From NCBI GenBank assembly GCA_963706575.1, contig CAVPNL010000005.1, positions 1 to 64,000 of the forward strand: a stretch of 64,000 nucleotides of DNA, given 5' to 3'. The stretch is from an uncultured delta proteobacterium. Lineage in GTDB: Bacteria > Desulfobacterota > Desulfobacteria > Desulfobacterales > JAHEIW01. The position numbers and the translations under genes were made by a program. Under the pieces are notes generated by a model, which worked only from the letters and a program-made list of their open reading frames with translations, was not told the origin of the DNA and did no database searches. This document shows positions 30,182 to 40,756 of this stretch, in pieces (within the stretch, counting starts at the first letter, position 1; every line of letters starts with the position of its first letter).

Positions 30182-32311
30182 TTATTCCTGGTAGAATGTT
30201 TTGCCCGATTCGGCCATTTCCTTGACCAAATCCGCCGGTCTGAAGCGAGGGCCGTATTGTTTTTCCAGTTCGACGAGTTTTTGATAGACATTCTTAAGGC
30301 CCCACTTGTCCGCATATCGCAGAATACCGCCGCGATAAGGCGGAAAGCCCAGGCCGTAGATCAGGGCCAAATCCATATCCTGGTGCCGGTCACAGATCCC
30401 TTCTTCAATCATCAGGGCGGCTTCATTAATGCCGAGGGATAGCATCACATCTATAATTTCATCCTTTGACATCTCCCGAGAGGAGATCTGGTTGTCCTGG
30501 AGATATTTTTGGACGGCATTTACGACTTTGGGGTTGGGGACCGGTTGATCACCGCTGTAGTCAAAATAGCCGGCGCCGGTTTTGCGGCCAAAGCATCCGG
30601 TCTGGAAAATGATCTCAGTTAAAGGATGCACTTTATAACGCCGGCCTAATCTTTTCTCAAAGTTTTTGTTGACATAATAGTTGATATCGATTCCGGTAAG
30701 ATCTGCCAGGGTTGCAGGTCCCATGGGCATGCCGAAGTCGGTCATTGCGGATTCGATGGTAGCCCCATCGACACCATCGGCACTCAGGTAAACGGCACCG
30801 CCCATCAGACCGCCCAGTTGGCGCGATACATAAAAACCGGGGCCGTCATTGACCACGATCGGTATCTTTTTTATGGCGCGGGAAAAGGCGACGGTGGTTG
30901 CCAGCGTCTGATCAGAGGTCTTTGCGGCACAGATAACCTCTAAAAGCTGCATCCGGTGAGCCGGATTGAAAAAGTGCATTCCGATCATCCGGCCGGGATC
31001 GGCAAGAATGGAAGCCATTTCGCTAATCGGCAGCGCCGAGGTGTTGGTGGCAAAGATAACATCATCTCGACAGATGCTTTCCAGTTGCTGCCAGATCTCC
31101 TGTTTGACCTGCATGTCCTCCAATACAGCCTCGATGATCAGATCGACATCTTTCATATCTTCCAGGGATGTGGTGGTCTGCAGCTGATCGTTTAGCATGT
31201 TTTCCAGGTCGGCCGGGGTCATTTTTTTCTGCTTAATGGGATAGTCAAAGGTTTTGCGGATTGACACCAGTGCCTTTTCAAGGGCGTCTTCGTTGATTTC
31301 CCACAAAACGGTATCAAATCCACCTTTAAGAAGCACATTGACGATCCCGGTCCCCATCACACCGCCGCCGAGCATGCCCACTTTCCTGATTTTAGCCGGT
31401 TCGAGACCTTCAATGCGCGGCAGTCTGCCGGCAGCCCGGGTATTGAGAAATATGTTGATCAGGTTTTTGGCCACATCGGAAACCACACAATCGGCGAACA
31501 GCTCGGCTTCGGTTTCAATATCGGCATCGATATCGTAGCCCAGGCCTTTTTCAAAGGCTTCGATCGCTTTAAAGGGTGCAATGTATCCTTTGGCCTGAGC
31601 GGCTGTCATGGCTTTGGCAATTTCGATCATTCCCTTTTTTTCGGCCGCGCTGGGAAGTCGATCGTGCCGATTTCTGGTCGTGCGCAATTTGATATTAATT
31701 TCACCCGATATAAACCGCCGGGCCGCTTTTACTGCCAGATTTACCAGTTGATTCGGTTCCGCGACTTCGTCCACCAGCCCTCTGGTATGGGCCACTTCAG
31801 CTCGGATGGGCTTTCCGATGGTAATCATTTCCAACCCATACCGCAGCCCGACAAGCCGTGGCAGCCGCTGGGTACCGCCGGCACCGGGAATCAGGCCGAT
31901 CTGAACCTCGGGCTGGCCGAGATTCACCCCCTGGGCTGCTACCCGGTAATGACAGGCCATGGCAATCTCCAGGCCGCCGCCTAAACAGTTGCCGTTAATG
32001 GCCGCAATCACCGGTTTCGGGCCGGTTTCAATGGAGGTTAGAAATTGGTTGTTTTTCTCGAGTTTCGGCAAAAGCTCGTCTTTGGTCCTGACATCTTTGA
32101 TCTGGGTAATGTCGGCGCCGGCAATAAAATTTTTTGCGCTACCGGTCAAAACAATGGCCTTAACCGCCTCATCACCACAAGCTTCAGTGAATGCTTCCGC
32201 CAGCTCCTGAACGAAATGTTGCGAAAGCTGATTGACCGGCGGATTGTCCATGGTGAACACCGCGACGGAATCGTTCAATTCAACCTTGATGGTTTTGTAA
32301 TCTGTTTTCAT
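30182..32311 (-). CDS. multifunctional enoyl-CoA hydratase/3-hydroxyacyl-CoA dehydrogenase (FadB/FadJ-like)
   Basis: FIAGADI, GGGLE, PGAGGTQRLPR, GGGVMG, NTSALP, GMHFFNP, GFPPYRGG. Confidence 0.92.
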   Translation of the reverse strand: MKTDYKTIKVELNDSVAVFTMDNPPVNQLSQHFVQELAEAFTEACGDEAVKAIVLTGSAKNFIAGADITQIKDVRTKDELLPKLEKNNQFLTSIETGPKPVIAAINGNCLGGGLEIAMACHYRVAAQGVNLGQPEVQIGLIPGAGGTQRLPRLVGLRYGLEMITIGKPIRAEVAHTRGLVDEVAEPNQLVNLAVKAARRFISGEINIKLRTTRNRHDRLPSAAEKKGMIEIAKAMTAAQAKGYIAPFKAIEAFEKGLGYDIDADIETEAELFADCVVSDVAKNLINIFLNTRAAGRLPRIEGLEPAKIRKVGMLGGGVMGTGIVNVLLKGGFDTVLWEINEDALEKALVSIRKTFDYPIKQKKMTPADLENMLNDQLQTTTSLEDMKDVDLIIEAVLEDMQVKQEIWQQLESICRDDVIFATNTSALPISEMASILADPGRMIGMHFFNPAHRMQLLEVICAAKTSDQTLATTVAFSRAIKKIPIVVNDGPGFYVSRQLGGLMGGAVYLSADGVDGATIESAMTDFGMPMGPATLADLTGIDINYYVNKNFEKRLGRRYKVHPLTEIIFQTGCFGRKTGAGYFDYSGDQPVPNPKVVNAVQKYLQDNQISSREMSKDEIIDVMLSLGINEAALMIEEGICDRHQDMDLALIYGLGFPPYRGGILRYADKWGLKNVYQKLVELEKQYGPRFRPADLVKEMAESGKTFYQE

Positions 32312-32368
32312 TTTTCCCTCTCTATCCACGTTCAAAGGTTCAAATGTTTAGGGTCAATAGATAAGTAA

Positions 32369-32557
32369 TGAGTGCTGAGGACTGAGCAAAAAACTTTTCT
32401 TCCAAGAGACCATTTCACATGACCTGTCGTTTTCCGCCATGAATCGTCCTCCTGGGACCATGAGTCGTCCCTTTGCGTCATGAGCTGGCATGGATTTTTA
32501 TTTCTTTCAATTTCGATATACCTCAGTCCTCAGTCCTATGTTTTGACACCTGAAACC
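32369..32557. repeat. heptamer inverted arms enclosing four CATGA-initiated ~20-bp units
   Basis: TGAGTGCTGAGGACTGAG ... CTCAGTCCTCAGTCCT; CATGA at 32418, 32438, 32459, 32479; TGACACCTGAAACC remnant. Confidence 0.55.
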
Positions 32558-32565
32558 CTTTTATC

Positions 32566-34383
32566 TTAAAGACCGCCAAATCCTTCATCTGGAATCTGAA
32601 TGGCCGCTGCACATCCATCGGCGATGGCATTCATTTTTCCCATTGTTGCCGCTAGTTCGGTACGGATAAAAAATTCGGCGGTTTTGATCTGGCCCTCATA
32701 GAATGCATTATCTTTTTTCTTGGTGCTGTTCGATAATTGGGTGGCTGCCGTCAAAGCCCGCCACAGAAGCATCCAGGCCATAATTGTGTCACCAATAACA
32801 TACAAAAAAGGCAGGGAGTGGGCAAATGCCACCTTAAATTCAGCGGACATGGCCTTTTTACCCAGATGCAGGGCGACCTCACCGAGGCGGTTAGCAGCAG
32901 CCTCGACCTTAATGGCCAGTTCTTGGGTTTGTTCAATCTGCTTTGCCTGCGCAACTGTTTTTTGAACTTCGCCGAGAAAATTCATGAATACCGCACCCTC
33001 TTTCATGCCAAGCTTTCGTCCGAGCATATCGAGGGCCTGAATGCCGCTGGTGCCTTCATAAATGGAAGTGATTTTGCAATCTCGAGCATATTGCTCAACC
33101 AGGTAATCTTTTGTATAGCCGGCACCGCCAAAGAGCTGAATGGACTGGATGCAGACTTCATGACCTTTAACAGCCATATAATCTTTTACCACCGGTGTGA
33201 GCATCGAAAAAAGGTCGCCATGACGCTCACGGTCTTCGGCTTTTTCACCAATCTTGCCTTTGGTTGCGAGCACCGTCATATAATAAAAAAAGCTGCGCAT
33301 CCCGTCCACATAGGATTTCATCCACAAAAGGTTGCGACGTACATCGGGGTGTTTAATAATTGTGACCGACGGCGCATTGTGATCGGCAAAATCCGCCAGA
33401 TCTCTTCCCTGGACGCGCTCACGGGCGTAATTGACCGACAGCATGTAAGCCGCTGAAGCATATGTCAATCCCTGAAGGCCGGTGCTCATGCGGGCACCGT
33501 TGATCATGTTGAACATGATTTTCATGCCTTCACGTTCCTGACCCAGCAAATAGCCGATGCATTTGCCCTTGCTGCCCAGCGTCATGGAGCAGGTGGCGCT
33601 GGCATGAATGCCGTGTTTTTCCTCGACCCCCGAGCAGGCAATGTCATTGCGATCGCCCAGGCTGCCGTCATCATTGACAAAAAATTTGGGAACCAGAAAC
33701 AAGGAGATACCCTTGGTCCCCGCAGGATCGCCTTCAATACGCGCCAGAACGGGGTGGATGATGTTTTCAGCCAAATCATGTTCACCGTTGGTAATAAAGA
33801 TCTTGTTGCCGTTCAACGAGTAGCTGTTGTCCGCGTTTTTAGTGGCAGTGGTGGTGAGAGCCCCGACATCAGAACCGGCTTCAGGCTCGGTGAGCAGCAT
33901 CGTACCGCCCCATTCCGCCGAAGTCAGCTTCTTGACGTATGTCTCTTTTTGTTCCGAGGTGCCGTATAATTGAATCATGTTGGCGGTGCCGTTTCCCATG
34001 GTGGCGTAACAAAATAGCGGCCAGTTCGCACTCAAAAAGTATTCAGCCGCCGCTGCACCTAAAAAGGCCGGAGCCCCCTGGCCGCCCATTTCCGCCGGCA
34101 CACTGAGGTTGTTCCATTCCCCTTCTTTTACCAGCTCAAACACCCGGTGAAAGCTCTGGGGCACCTTTACATTCCCGTTTTCATAGCGGACCCCTTCGGT
34201 GTCCCCTTCGGCCAGCAGTGGCAACAGCTCCTTTATGGCCAATGCCCGGGCTTCATTGATGATCAGGGTACAGGCTTTTTTGTTAAATTCCTTATAAGAT
34301 TCATGATTGAGAATATCCGCACAGTTTATTTGCTCCCAGATGACAAAATCCTGGTCACGTCTATCCACCAGCTGTTGTGCCAT
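32566..34383 (-). CDS. long (~600 aa) acyl-CoA dehydrogenase
   Basis: GTMLLTEPEAGSDVG, KIFITNGEHD, GTKGISLFLVPK, IYEGTSGIQALD. Confidence 0.92.
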   Translation of the reverse strand: MAQQLVDRRDQDFVIWEQINCADILNHESYKEFNKKACTLIINEARALAIKELLPLLAEGDTEGVRYENGNVKVPQSFHRVFELVKEGEWNNLSVPAEMGGQGAPAFLGAAAAEYFLSANWPLFCYATMGNGTANMIQLYGTSEQKETYVKKLTSAEWGGTMLLTEPEAGSDVGALTTTATKNADNSYSLNGNKIFITNGEHDLAENIIHPVLARIEGDPAGTKGISLFLVPKFFVNDDGSLGDRNDIACSGVEEKHGIHASATCSMTLGSKGKCIGYLLGQEREGMKIMFNMINGARMSTGLQGLTYASAAYMLSVNYARERVQGRDLADFADHNAPSVTIIKHPDVRRNLLWMKSYVDGMRSFFYYMTVLATKGKIGEKAEDRERHGDLFSMLTPVVKDYMAVKGHEVCIQSIQLFGGAGYTKDYLVEQYARDCKITSIYEGTSGIQALDMLGRKLGMKEGAVFMNFLGEVQKTVAQAKQIEQTQELAIKVEAAANRLGEVALHLGKKAMSAEFKVAFAHSLPFLYVIGDTIMAWMLLWRALTAATQLSNSTKKKDNAFYEGQIKTAEFFIRTELAATMGKMNAIADGCAAAIQIPDEGFGGL

Positions 34384-34468
34384 GATTTTAAAAACTCCTT
34401 TCTTTAGCTTATCCGCTTAGACTGCAGACTGACTTTAGCCCTATGGCGTATGGGTTAATGAGCGCATA

Positions 34469-34488
34469 ACGTGTAGTGCGCTACACGT
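34469..34488. promoter_or_regulatory. 20-bp palindrome, candidate operator
   Basis: ACGTGTAGTGCGCTACACGT between the divergent ACAD and MerR genes; TTGACA-like boxes on both strands nearby. Confidence 0.55.
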
Positions 34489-34637
34489 GAATATACCTAA
34501 ATATATTGAAAAAAAATGTCAATAAATAATTTATTTTTTCCTTGACATTTTTTTGGGCCTTGGATTAATTGATGATCATACGGGCAACATCATTTGATAA
34601 TCTGGCGCCTACCCGCCATAATTGCTTTAGGGAAAAA

Positions 34638-35345
34638 ATGAAGATCAGCTCCGTGGTTAAACGTACTGGCGTACCCAAAGAAACCATTCATTTTTATATT
34701 CGCGAAGGGTTACTTCGCAAGCCCCGCAAATCCGGGGTTAATATCGCCGATTATACCGAAAATCACGTCAAACAAATTCGGTTTATCAAAGAACTGCGGG
34801 ATAATTTTTATTTTCCGATTCCTTTGATCAGGAAAATTGTCCGGAAAGTCAAAAAGCAACCCTCTTCTGATCGGGCTTTTTTTGAACTTCATGGCAAATA
34901 TTTTCGTCCGGCAGACCGGATGCTTAATGAAGAAATTGTCGGAAGGGACGAATTTCACCAAACCACCGGTCTGGGCCGCAAATGGATCCACAAGGCCGAA
35001 GAATGGGGACTCATCGAGCCGCAAGTGCAAGACGGACAACCCGTTTATTCACTGGATGACATCGCCATCGGTAAATTGATGGTTGATATGGACCGTATCG
35101 GTTTTGGCCCCAAAGATGGTCACGACCCCGAGGATCTGCGCTACATCGCCGATTTCGTTAAGGAGTTTGTAGTAAACAGTTTTAAAAAATATTACCGGAC
35201 GAATCTGGAAAAATTGTCTGCGACGGATTTTGACCAGAAACGGAACCAGTTTCATGAAGTCATCAGCCTTTTTTTCTATCATCTATATCGTAAATATGCG
35301 CGGCAGACCATCCACCACCTGCTTGAATCCGAAGACAATGATTAA
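34638..35345 (+). CDS. MerR family regulator
   Basis: MKISSVVKRTGVPKETIHFYIREGLL HTH. Confidence 0.85.
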   Translation: MKISSVVKRTGVPKETIHFYIREGLLRKPRKSGVNIADYTENHVKQIRFIKELRDNFYFPIPLIRKIVRKVKKQPSSDRAFFELHGKYFRPADRMLNEEIVGRDEFHQTTGLGRKWIHKAEEWGLIEPQVQDGQPVYSLDDIAIGKLMVDMDRIGFGPKDGHDPEDLRYIADFVKEFVVNSFKKYYRTNLEKLSATDFDQKRNQFHEVISLFFYHLYRKYARQTIHHLLESEDND

Positions 35346-35598
35346 ATGCCATGATCGAACTTTTTCCCAATCTCATATTTCTAGCCTATCCCGATTTTCC
35401 GGATCTGATGCGTGGTTTGAGCTTGTTCTCATTGAAAAGCATCTTGAACGACTAAAAACCATGGGAAAAGTTAAACAAATAAACGATAGGTGGTTGGCAA
35501 CAGCGAGTTGATCTCTGAAAATACCGGCCGCATAACCGACGCGACCGTTTATGCAAGCAGCGATTCACCGGTCAATGGGGGATCGCAAGGAGGAATCA

Positions 35599-37245
35599 AT
35601 GGCGGAGAAGACTTACCAACCCGGAGAAAACTATAATTATCCCCTTATTATTAAAAAGCTGCTCAACACCCCGTTGATCTATTCGCCCGACCAGGAAATA
35701 GTATACGATGACAAGAATCGTTATACCTATCGAACTTTGAATGAACGCATCAACCGGCTGGCAAGTGGTCTAGAAAAATTCGGTGTAGCCAAGGGGGACG
35801 TTGTCGCCGTATTTGATTATGACAGTCATCGCTACCTGGAATGTTTTTTTGCGATTCCGATGATGGGAGCGGTGCTTCAGACGATAAACTGGCGGTTATC
35901 TGTCGATCAGATTTTATACACGCTCAACCATGCAGAGGCGAAAGTTATCATCATCCATGCTGAGTTTCTACCGATTCTGGAAAACATAAAAAACAAATTA
36001 GAAACCGTTAAGAAGTTTGTCGTAATTGACGAGGACGCCGATGTCAGCGGCTCACAATTAAGAGTTGATGCAGTGTACGAGCAATTACTGCAATCCGGAT
36101 CAACTGACTATGAATTTCCGGATCTGGACGAAAACACCAAAGCCACAACCTTTTACACCACCGGTACCACCGGCAATCCAAAAGGAGTATATTTTTCCCA
36201 CCGACAGTTGATGCTGCACACCCTTGGGGTGAGTATCGTTTCCGGCTGCTATCACACCCTCGGCCGTTTTCGATCCGATGATGTCTATATGCCGCTAACA
36301 CCCATGTTTCATGTCCATGCCTGGGGATTTCCCTATGTGGCCACCCTGCTGGGTGCCAAACAGGTTTATCCCGGCCGTTACGAGCCGGAGAGACTCCTGA
36401 AGTTAATCGAAAAGGAAGGGGTCACCTATTCACACTGCGTGCCCACCATTTTGCAGATGCTTTTAAGCTGCCCGACAATTAACCAGGTGGATCTGTCCAA
36501 TTGGAAGGTCACCATCGGCGGTGCCCGACTGCCGAGAGGCCAAGCCCGGGCCGCAAAAGACCTCGGTATCGAAATTCATGCCGGCTACGGCATGTCGGAG
36601 ACCTGCCCGGTCATCAGCACCGCAACCCCGATGGAGAACATGCTCGATTGGGAAGACGACGCCTTGCTGGACATCATCATCAAAACCGGACGGCCGCTGC
36701 CGCTGGTGGAATTTGAGGTTTTCGATGCAAACGAAAAAGCCCTGCCCCACGACGGGCAATCATCGGGCGAGGTGGTCATGCGAGCTCCCTGGCTGACCAA
36801 AAGCTATTTCAAGGAACCGGCTAAGACAAGGGAGCTGTGGCGCAGCGGCTGGCTGCACAGCGGCGACGTGGGATACATTGATGAAAATGGCTACCTGCAG
36901 ATTACCGACCGTATCAAAGATGTCATCAAAAGCGGCGGGGAGTGGATATCCTCTTTGGACCTGGAAAACCTGTTGAGCCAGCATGAAGCGGTGCTGGAAT
37001 CGGCCGCCATCGGCATTCCGGATGAAAAATGGGGAGAGCGGCCGCTAATGATTGTGACCTTAAAGCCGGAATATAAGGGCAAAGTCACGGGTGAGGAATT
37101 TAAACAATTTATGCAAAAATTTGCCGAAGATGGAAAATTGCCCAAATACGGCGTGCCGGAACTTTACGAATTCGTAGATGAGATTCCTAAAACCAGCGTG
37201 GGGAAATTGGATAAGAAGGAATTAAGAAGATTTTATGTTGAATAA
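35599..37245 (+). CDS. medium/long-chain fatty-acid-CoA ligase (AlkK-like)
   Basis: [44 protein letters not shown]. Confidence 0.9.
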   Translation: MAEKTYQPGENYNYPLIIKKLLNTPLIYSPDQEIVYDDKNRYTYRTLNERINRLASGLEKFGVAKGDVVAVFDYDSHRYLECFFAIPMMGAVLQTINWRLSVDQILYTLNHAEAKVIIIHAEFLPILENIKNKLETVKKFVVIDEDADVSGSQLRVDAVYEQLLQSGSTDYEFPDLDENTKATTFYTTGTTGNPKGVYFSHRQLMLHTLGVSIVSGCYHTLGRFRSDDVYMPLTPMFHVHAWGFPYVATLLGAKQVYPGRYEPERLLKLIEKEGVTYSHCVPTILQMLLSCPTINQVDLSNWKVTIGGARLPRGQARAAKDLGIEIHAGYGMSETCPVISTATPMENMLDWEDDALLDIIIKTGRPLPLVEFEVFDANEKALPHDGQSSGEVVMRAPWLTKSYFKEPAKTRELWRSGWLHSGDVGYIDENGYLQITDRIKDVIKSGGEWISSLDLENLLSQHEAVLESAAIGIPDEKWGERPLMIVTLKPEYKGKVTGEEFKQFMQKFAEDGKLPKYGVPELYEFVDEIPKTSVGKLDKKELRRFYVE

Positions 37246-37255
37246 TTTAGAAACC

Positions 37256-37460
37256 GCGGAATAAATCATCAGCGACTGCATCGTGCAAACTCATGCATAA
37301 GGGGCCGTAACGAAAGAACAGAAATTAAATATAAAATAATGGATAACTGTAAAAACAACATCATGTCCAAAAGCCGCATTGCGATTATTCGCTGTTCTTT
37401 CGCAACGTCCCCTAATGCATTCAAACAGTGCACGATTTCGCTGCTGATAATTCATTCCGC
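37256..37460. repeat. long imperfect inverted repeat (~66-69-bp arms, ~70-bp spacer)
   Basis: GCGGAATAAATCATCAGC...CGAAAGAACAG pairs with CTGTTCTTTCG...GCTGATAATTCATTCCGC. Confidence 0.75.
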
Positions 37461-37586
37461 TTTTTGTTAGGATTTGAATTAACGACTCGGCGACCTTTGA
37501 TGCAATTGACGGGTGGGTGAAATTTCTTAATTCTCAGCGTTCCATGATGCATTCAGATAATGATGGCAGGTTATAAGGAGGCGGTT

Positions 37587-38384
37587 ATGACCATAGATGG
37601 GCGGCTTAAGGACAAGGTGGCCATTATCACCGGGGCGGCCAGCGGCATCGGCAAAGCAACCGCAGTTTTATTCGCCAAAGCAGGTGCCCGGCTCGCACTG
37701 GCGGATATTGATGCAGCGGGGTTAAAAGCAGTTGCGAATCACATTGCCAGAGCCGGCGGAACCACAATCACAAAAAAGACAGACGTGTCTAATGAAAAAG
37801 AGGTTGAAGCGCTGGTCGCGCGTGCTTTAAAAACCTATTCAAAAGTCGACATTGTTTGTAACATTGCCGGTGTAGCCGGAGACCTGGCAGACCTCGACCA
37901 ACAGGATAAAAATGTTTGGAAGCAGGTCTATGATGTGAATGTCATGGGGGCGGTATGCACCACAAAATATGTTTGCCTGCATATGCAGCAGAGAAAGTCG
38001 GGATCCATTGTAAATGTTTCATCTGTAGCCGGTATTCGATCCGGAGCCGGCGGAAATGCTTACAGTGCCAGCAAGGCAGCACTCATTAATTTTACCCAGA
38101 CAGCCGCCTGTGATTTGGGCGGATACAATGTTCGAGTAAACGCCGTTTGCCCCGGTTTGATTGAAACCGGCATGACCCAATCGATTTTTGATTATGCCAG
38201 GAAAAGCGGCAAGGAGAATAAACTGGGTAGTCGATGTGAATTGAGGCGATACGGCAGGCCTGAAGAGGTGGCCCATGTCATTTTGTTTCTGGCCGGCGAC
38301 GAAGCCAGCTATGTGACCGGACAGGCGCTACCGGTCGATGGCGGTAATACGGCATCATTAAATTTACCCGGTATGAAAGTTTAG
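37587..38384 (+). CDS. SDR family oxidoreductase
   Basis: TGAASGIG, YSASK, RVNAVCPG, VDGG. Confidence 0.92.
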   Translation: MTIDGRLKDKVAIITGAASGIGKATAVLFAKAGARLALADIDAAGLKAVANHIARAGGTTITKKTDVSNEKEVEALVARALKTYSKVDIVCNIAGVAGDLADLDQQDKNVWKQVYDVNVMGAVCTTKYVCLHMQQRKSGSIVNVSSVAGIRSGAGGNAYSASKAALINFTQTAACDLGGYNVRVNAVCPGLIETGMTQSIFDYARKSGKENKLGSRCELRRYGRPEEVAHVILFLAGDEASYVTGQALPVDGGNTASLNLPGMKV

Positions 38385-38644
38385 AAGTGGTTTCAGAACC
38401 CCATCTCCCCGCTATATGAAGCGGGATTTCGCATCTAATTGAAAGATTATTAAAGGAGCTCAAAAGGCCCAATGGCTGCGTTGTAGACCTCCGATAAATG
38501 CTCACATACCCACATGTATGCTGAGAACAACGACTTTCTCGATCGGCCTGCGCCTTGATGCATACATTAATTTATTAAGATCAGATATGTAATCCCGCTT
38601 AGCGGGGCCCTTGAACCTGATCTGAGGCTCTGAAACCACTTCTA
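38382..38644. mobile_element. family A MITE-like element, copy 2, with internal insertions
   Basis: 16-bp perfect TIR TAGAAGTGGTTTCAGA; family core interrupted by ~57-, ~10- and ~50-bp inserts. Confidence 0.8.
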
Positions 38645-38659
38645 ATCCCTGGAACGATT

Positions 38660-39550
38660 ATGGCAAAAACGACTGCAAACGGCATCCAGATCGAATACGA
38701 CACTTTTGGTAGGCCCGGCGAGCCTCCACTGCTTTTAATTGTGGGCCTGGCTTGCCAGCTTATTCATTGGGATGAGGCCTTGTGCGAACAACTGGCGCGG
38801 CGCGGCCATTATGTGATTCGATTCGATAACCGCGATACGGGCCTTTCAACTAAATTGGCAGAGGGCGGCATACCCGATATCGGGCAAATCAGCAAAGCAC
38901 AGATGAAGGGTGAAGAGATCAGACCTCCGTACACGATCGAAGACATGGCGGACGATGCGGTGGGGTTGCTGGATGCTTTGGAAATCGAAAAGGCGCATAT
39001 CTGCGGCATATCAATGGGGGGAATGATTGCCCAGACAATCGCGCTGAATCATCAGCAGCGGATGCTAAGCCTTATTTCGATATACAGTCATACGGGCGAT
39101 CCCGCGCTTCCGCCGCCGACACCCGAGGCATTGGAATACTTGCTCACACCGCCACCCATGGAACGCGAAGCCAACATCACCTATACTCTTGATGTATGGC
39201 GCACGTTTTCAGGCAAAGGATTTTTGCTGGACCAGGATTGGCACCGAAAAATAGCTGCTCAAGCCTATGACCGATCATTTTACCCTGAAGGTGTGGCCCG
39301 TCAGATGGCGGCCGTCGTAACTCAAAATAACCGTAAACCTGAACTGGGATCCGTCTCCGTGCCCACATTGGTGATTCACGGAGCCGATGACCCGCTGGTG
39401 CCGGTTGAAGGTGGCAAAGATACGGCTGAGGCAATACCGGGGGCTGAGCTGATAATCATTGACGGCATGGGGCACGACCTGCCGCATGATGGGGCCTGGC
39501 CGCAGATTGTCGATGCGATAGTAAATCACACACAAAAAATTTCCATCTGA
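38660..39550 (+). CDS. alpha/beta hydrolase
   Basis: RFDNRDTGLS, GISMGG, IHGADDPLVP, GMGHDLP. Confidence 0.9.
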   Translation: MAKTTANGIQIEYDTFGRPGEPPLLLIVGLACQLIHWDEALCEQLARRGHYVIRFDNRDTGLSTKLAEGGIPDIGQISKAQMKGEEIRPPYTIEDMADDAVGLLDALEIEKAHICGISMGGMIAQTIALNHQQRMLSLISIYSHTGDPALPPPTPEALEYLLTPPPMEREANITYTLDVWRTFSGKGFLLDQDWHRKIAAQAYDRSFYPEGVARQMAAVVTQNNRKPELGSVSVPTLVIHGADDPLVPVEGGKDTAEAIPGAELIIIDGMGHDLPHDGAWPQIVDAIVNHTQKISI

Positions 39551-39582
39551 TACCAAAATAATTTTTTGATCGAGGAGGCCTT

Positions 39583-40248
39583 ATGGAGCTGCAGGAAGCC
39601 GTACTCGGGCGACGAAGCATTCGTCAATTTTTGCCCAAGCCCGTATCAGATCAATTGATTCATGACCTTATCGCTAAATCCCTTTGGTCGCCTTCCTGGG
39701 GCAACACCCAGCCATGGGAGATCGTTGTGGGGGCCGGTGAACCGCTTGCAGAATTTAAGAAGAAAAATCGAGACGCATTCTTAGAAGGTAAGAAATCGGA
39801 CACCGATATACCAATGCCACAGGTTTGGCCCGATCCTAATAAACTGAGATACAAGGAGCTGGGCAAAAGTGTTCTGGGGGCTCTTTCGATTGCAAGGGAA
39901 GACCAGCAGGCAAGGATCGACCATCTTGCCTGGATGTTTACCCTTTTTGATGCGCCTGCGGTGGTTATTTTTACCATAGACAAAAGCATTTTACTGGAAT
40001 ACGCCATGCTCGATGTGGGCCTGATACTGCAAACCTTCTGTCTGCTGGCACATGACAAAGGTTTAGGTACCTGTATTATGGCCGCGTCGGTTATGTACCC
40101 CGAAATTGCAAGGGAGGTATTCTCAATTCCTGAATCAAAATGTCTGGTGATGGGTGCTGCCCTCGGCTGGCCTGATACGGAGGCATCCGTGAATTCATTC
40201 AAAAGAAATAGGGGGCACCTGGAAGAATTCGTAAGATGGGTCGGTTAA
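39583..40248 (+). CDS. nitroreductase family protein
   Basis: RRSIRQF, SPSWGNTQPW, GLGTC. Confidence 0.9.
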   Translation: MELQEAVLGRRSIRQFLPKPVSDQLIHDLIAKSLWSPSWGNTQPWEIVVGAGEPLAEFKKKNRDAFLEGKKSDTDIPMPQVWPDPNKLRYKELGKSVLGALSIAREDQQARIDHLAWMFTLFDAPAVVIFTIDKSILLEYAMLDVGLILQTFCLLAHDKGLGTCIMAASVMYPEIAREVFSIPESKCLVMGAALGWPDTEASVNSFKRNRGHLEEFVRWVG

Positions 40249-40281
40249 AAAGTTGAACTTAAAGCGGGGAGTAAAAATATT

Positions 40282-40686
40282 ATGATTGATCCTGGATTAA
40301 AGGATAAAGTCGTACTTGTCACCGGGGGGAACAATCCCTTTGGTATTGGTGCCGCAATTGCCAGAGCCTTTGCTTCCCATGGCGCCCGTCTATTTATTCA
40401 TTACTTTCGCCAGGAAATCGATTTTTCTGACCCAGAACAGGGGGACAGTCGTTCGCAGGAGGCGGGATTAACATTTTTTTTTGAACAGCAACAAAAAACA
40501 GCCGATGAGGTGGTCGCATCCATTCGAAACGCTGGCGGTAAGGCGGAGTCCTGGGAGGGAGATCTGCGATACCCGCAAAACGTTCAGCGTCTATTTGAAC
40601 AAGCAGAAAAGGCGTTTGGGCAGGTTGATATTTTAGTGAATAATGCGGCCGAATATCTGGCAGATACCTTTCTCCCGGGCAATTAA
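40282..40686 (+). pseudogene. truncated SDR oxidoreductase (N-terminal half only)
   Basis: VTGGNN..GIG and VDILVNNA present; stops before YxxxK and the convergent USP gene leaves no room to continue. Confidence 0.7.
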
Positions 40687-40756
40687 TCTTTGTACATGGT
40701 GGCCATCGGATGGATTTTGGGCAATGAATTCAACAATTCGCAGGATTGAACCTGAT

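Noticed and set aside
32369..32557. CRISPR array here or in the other tandem repeats
   Set aside because: Units are too short and degenerate, there is no repeat-spacer alternation, and there are no cas genes
37256..37475. Integron attC site
   Set aside because: No proper RYYYAAC/GTTRRRY boundary pair, no cassette array and no integrase
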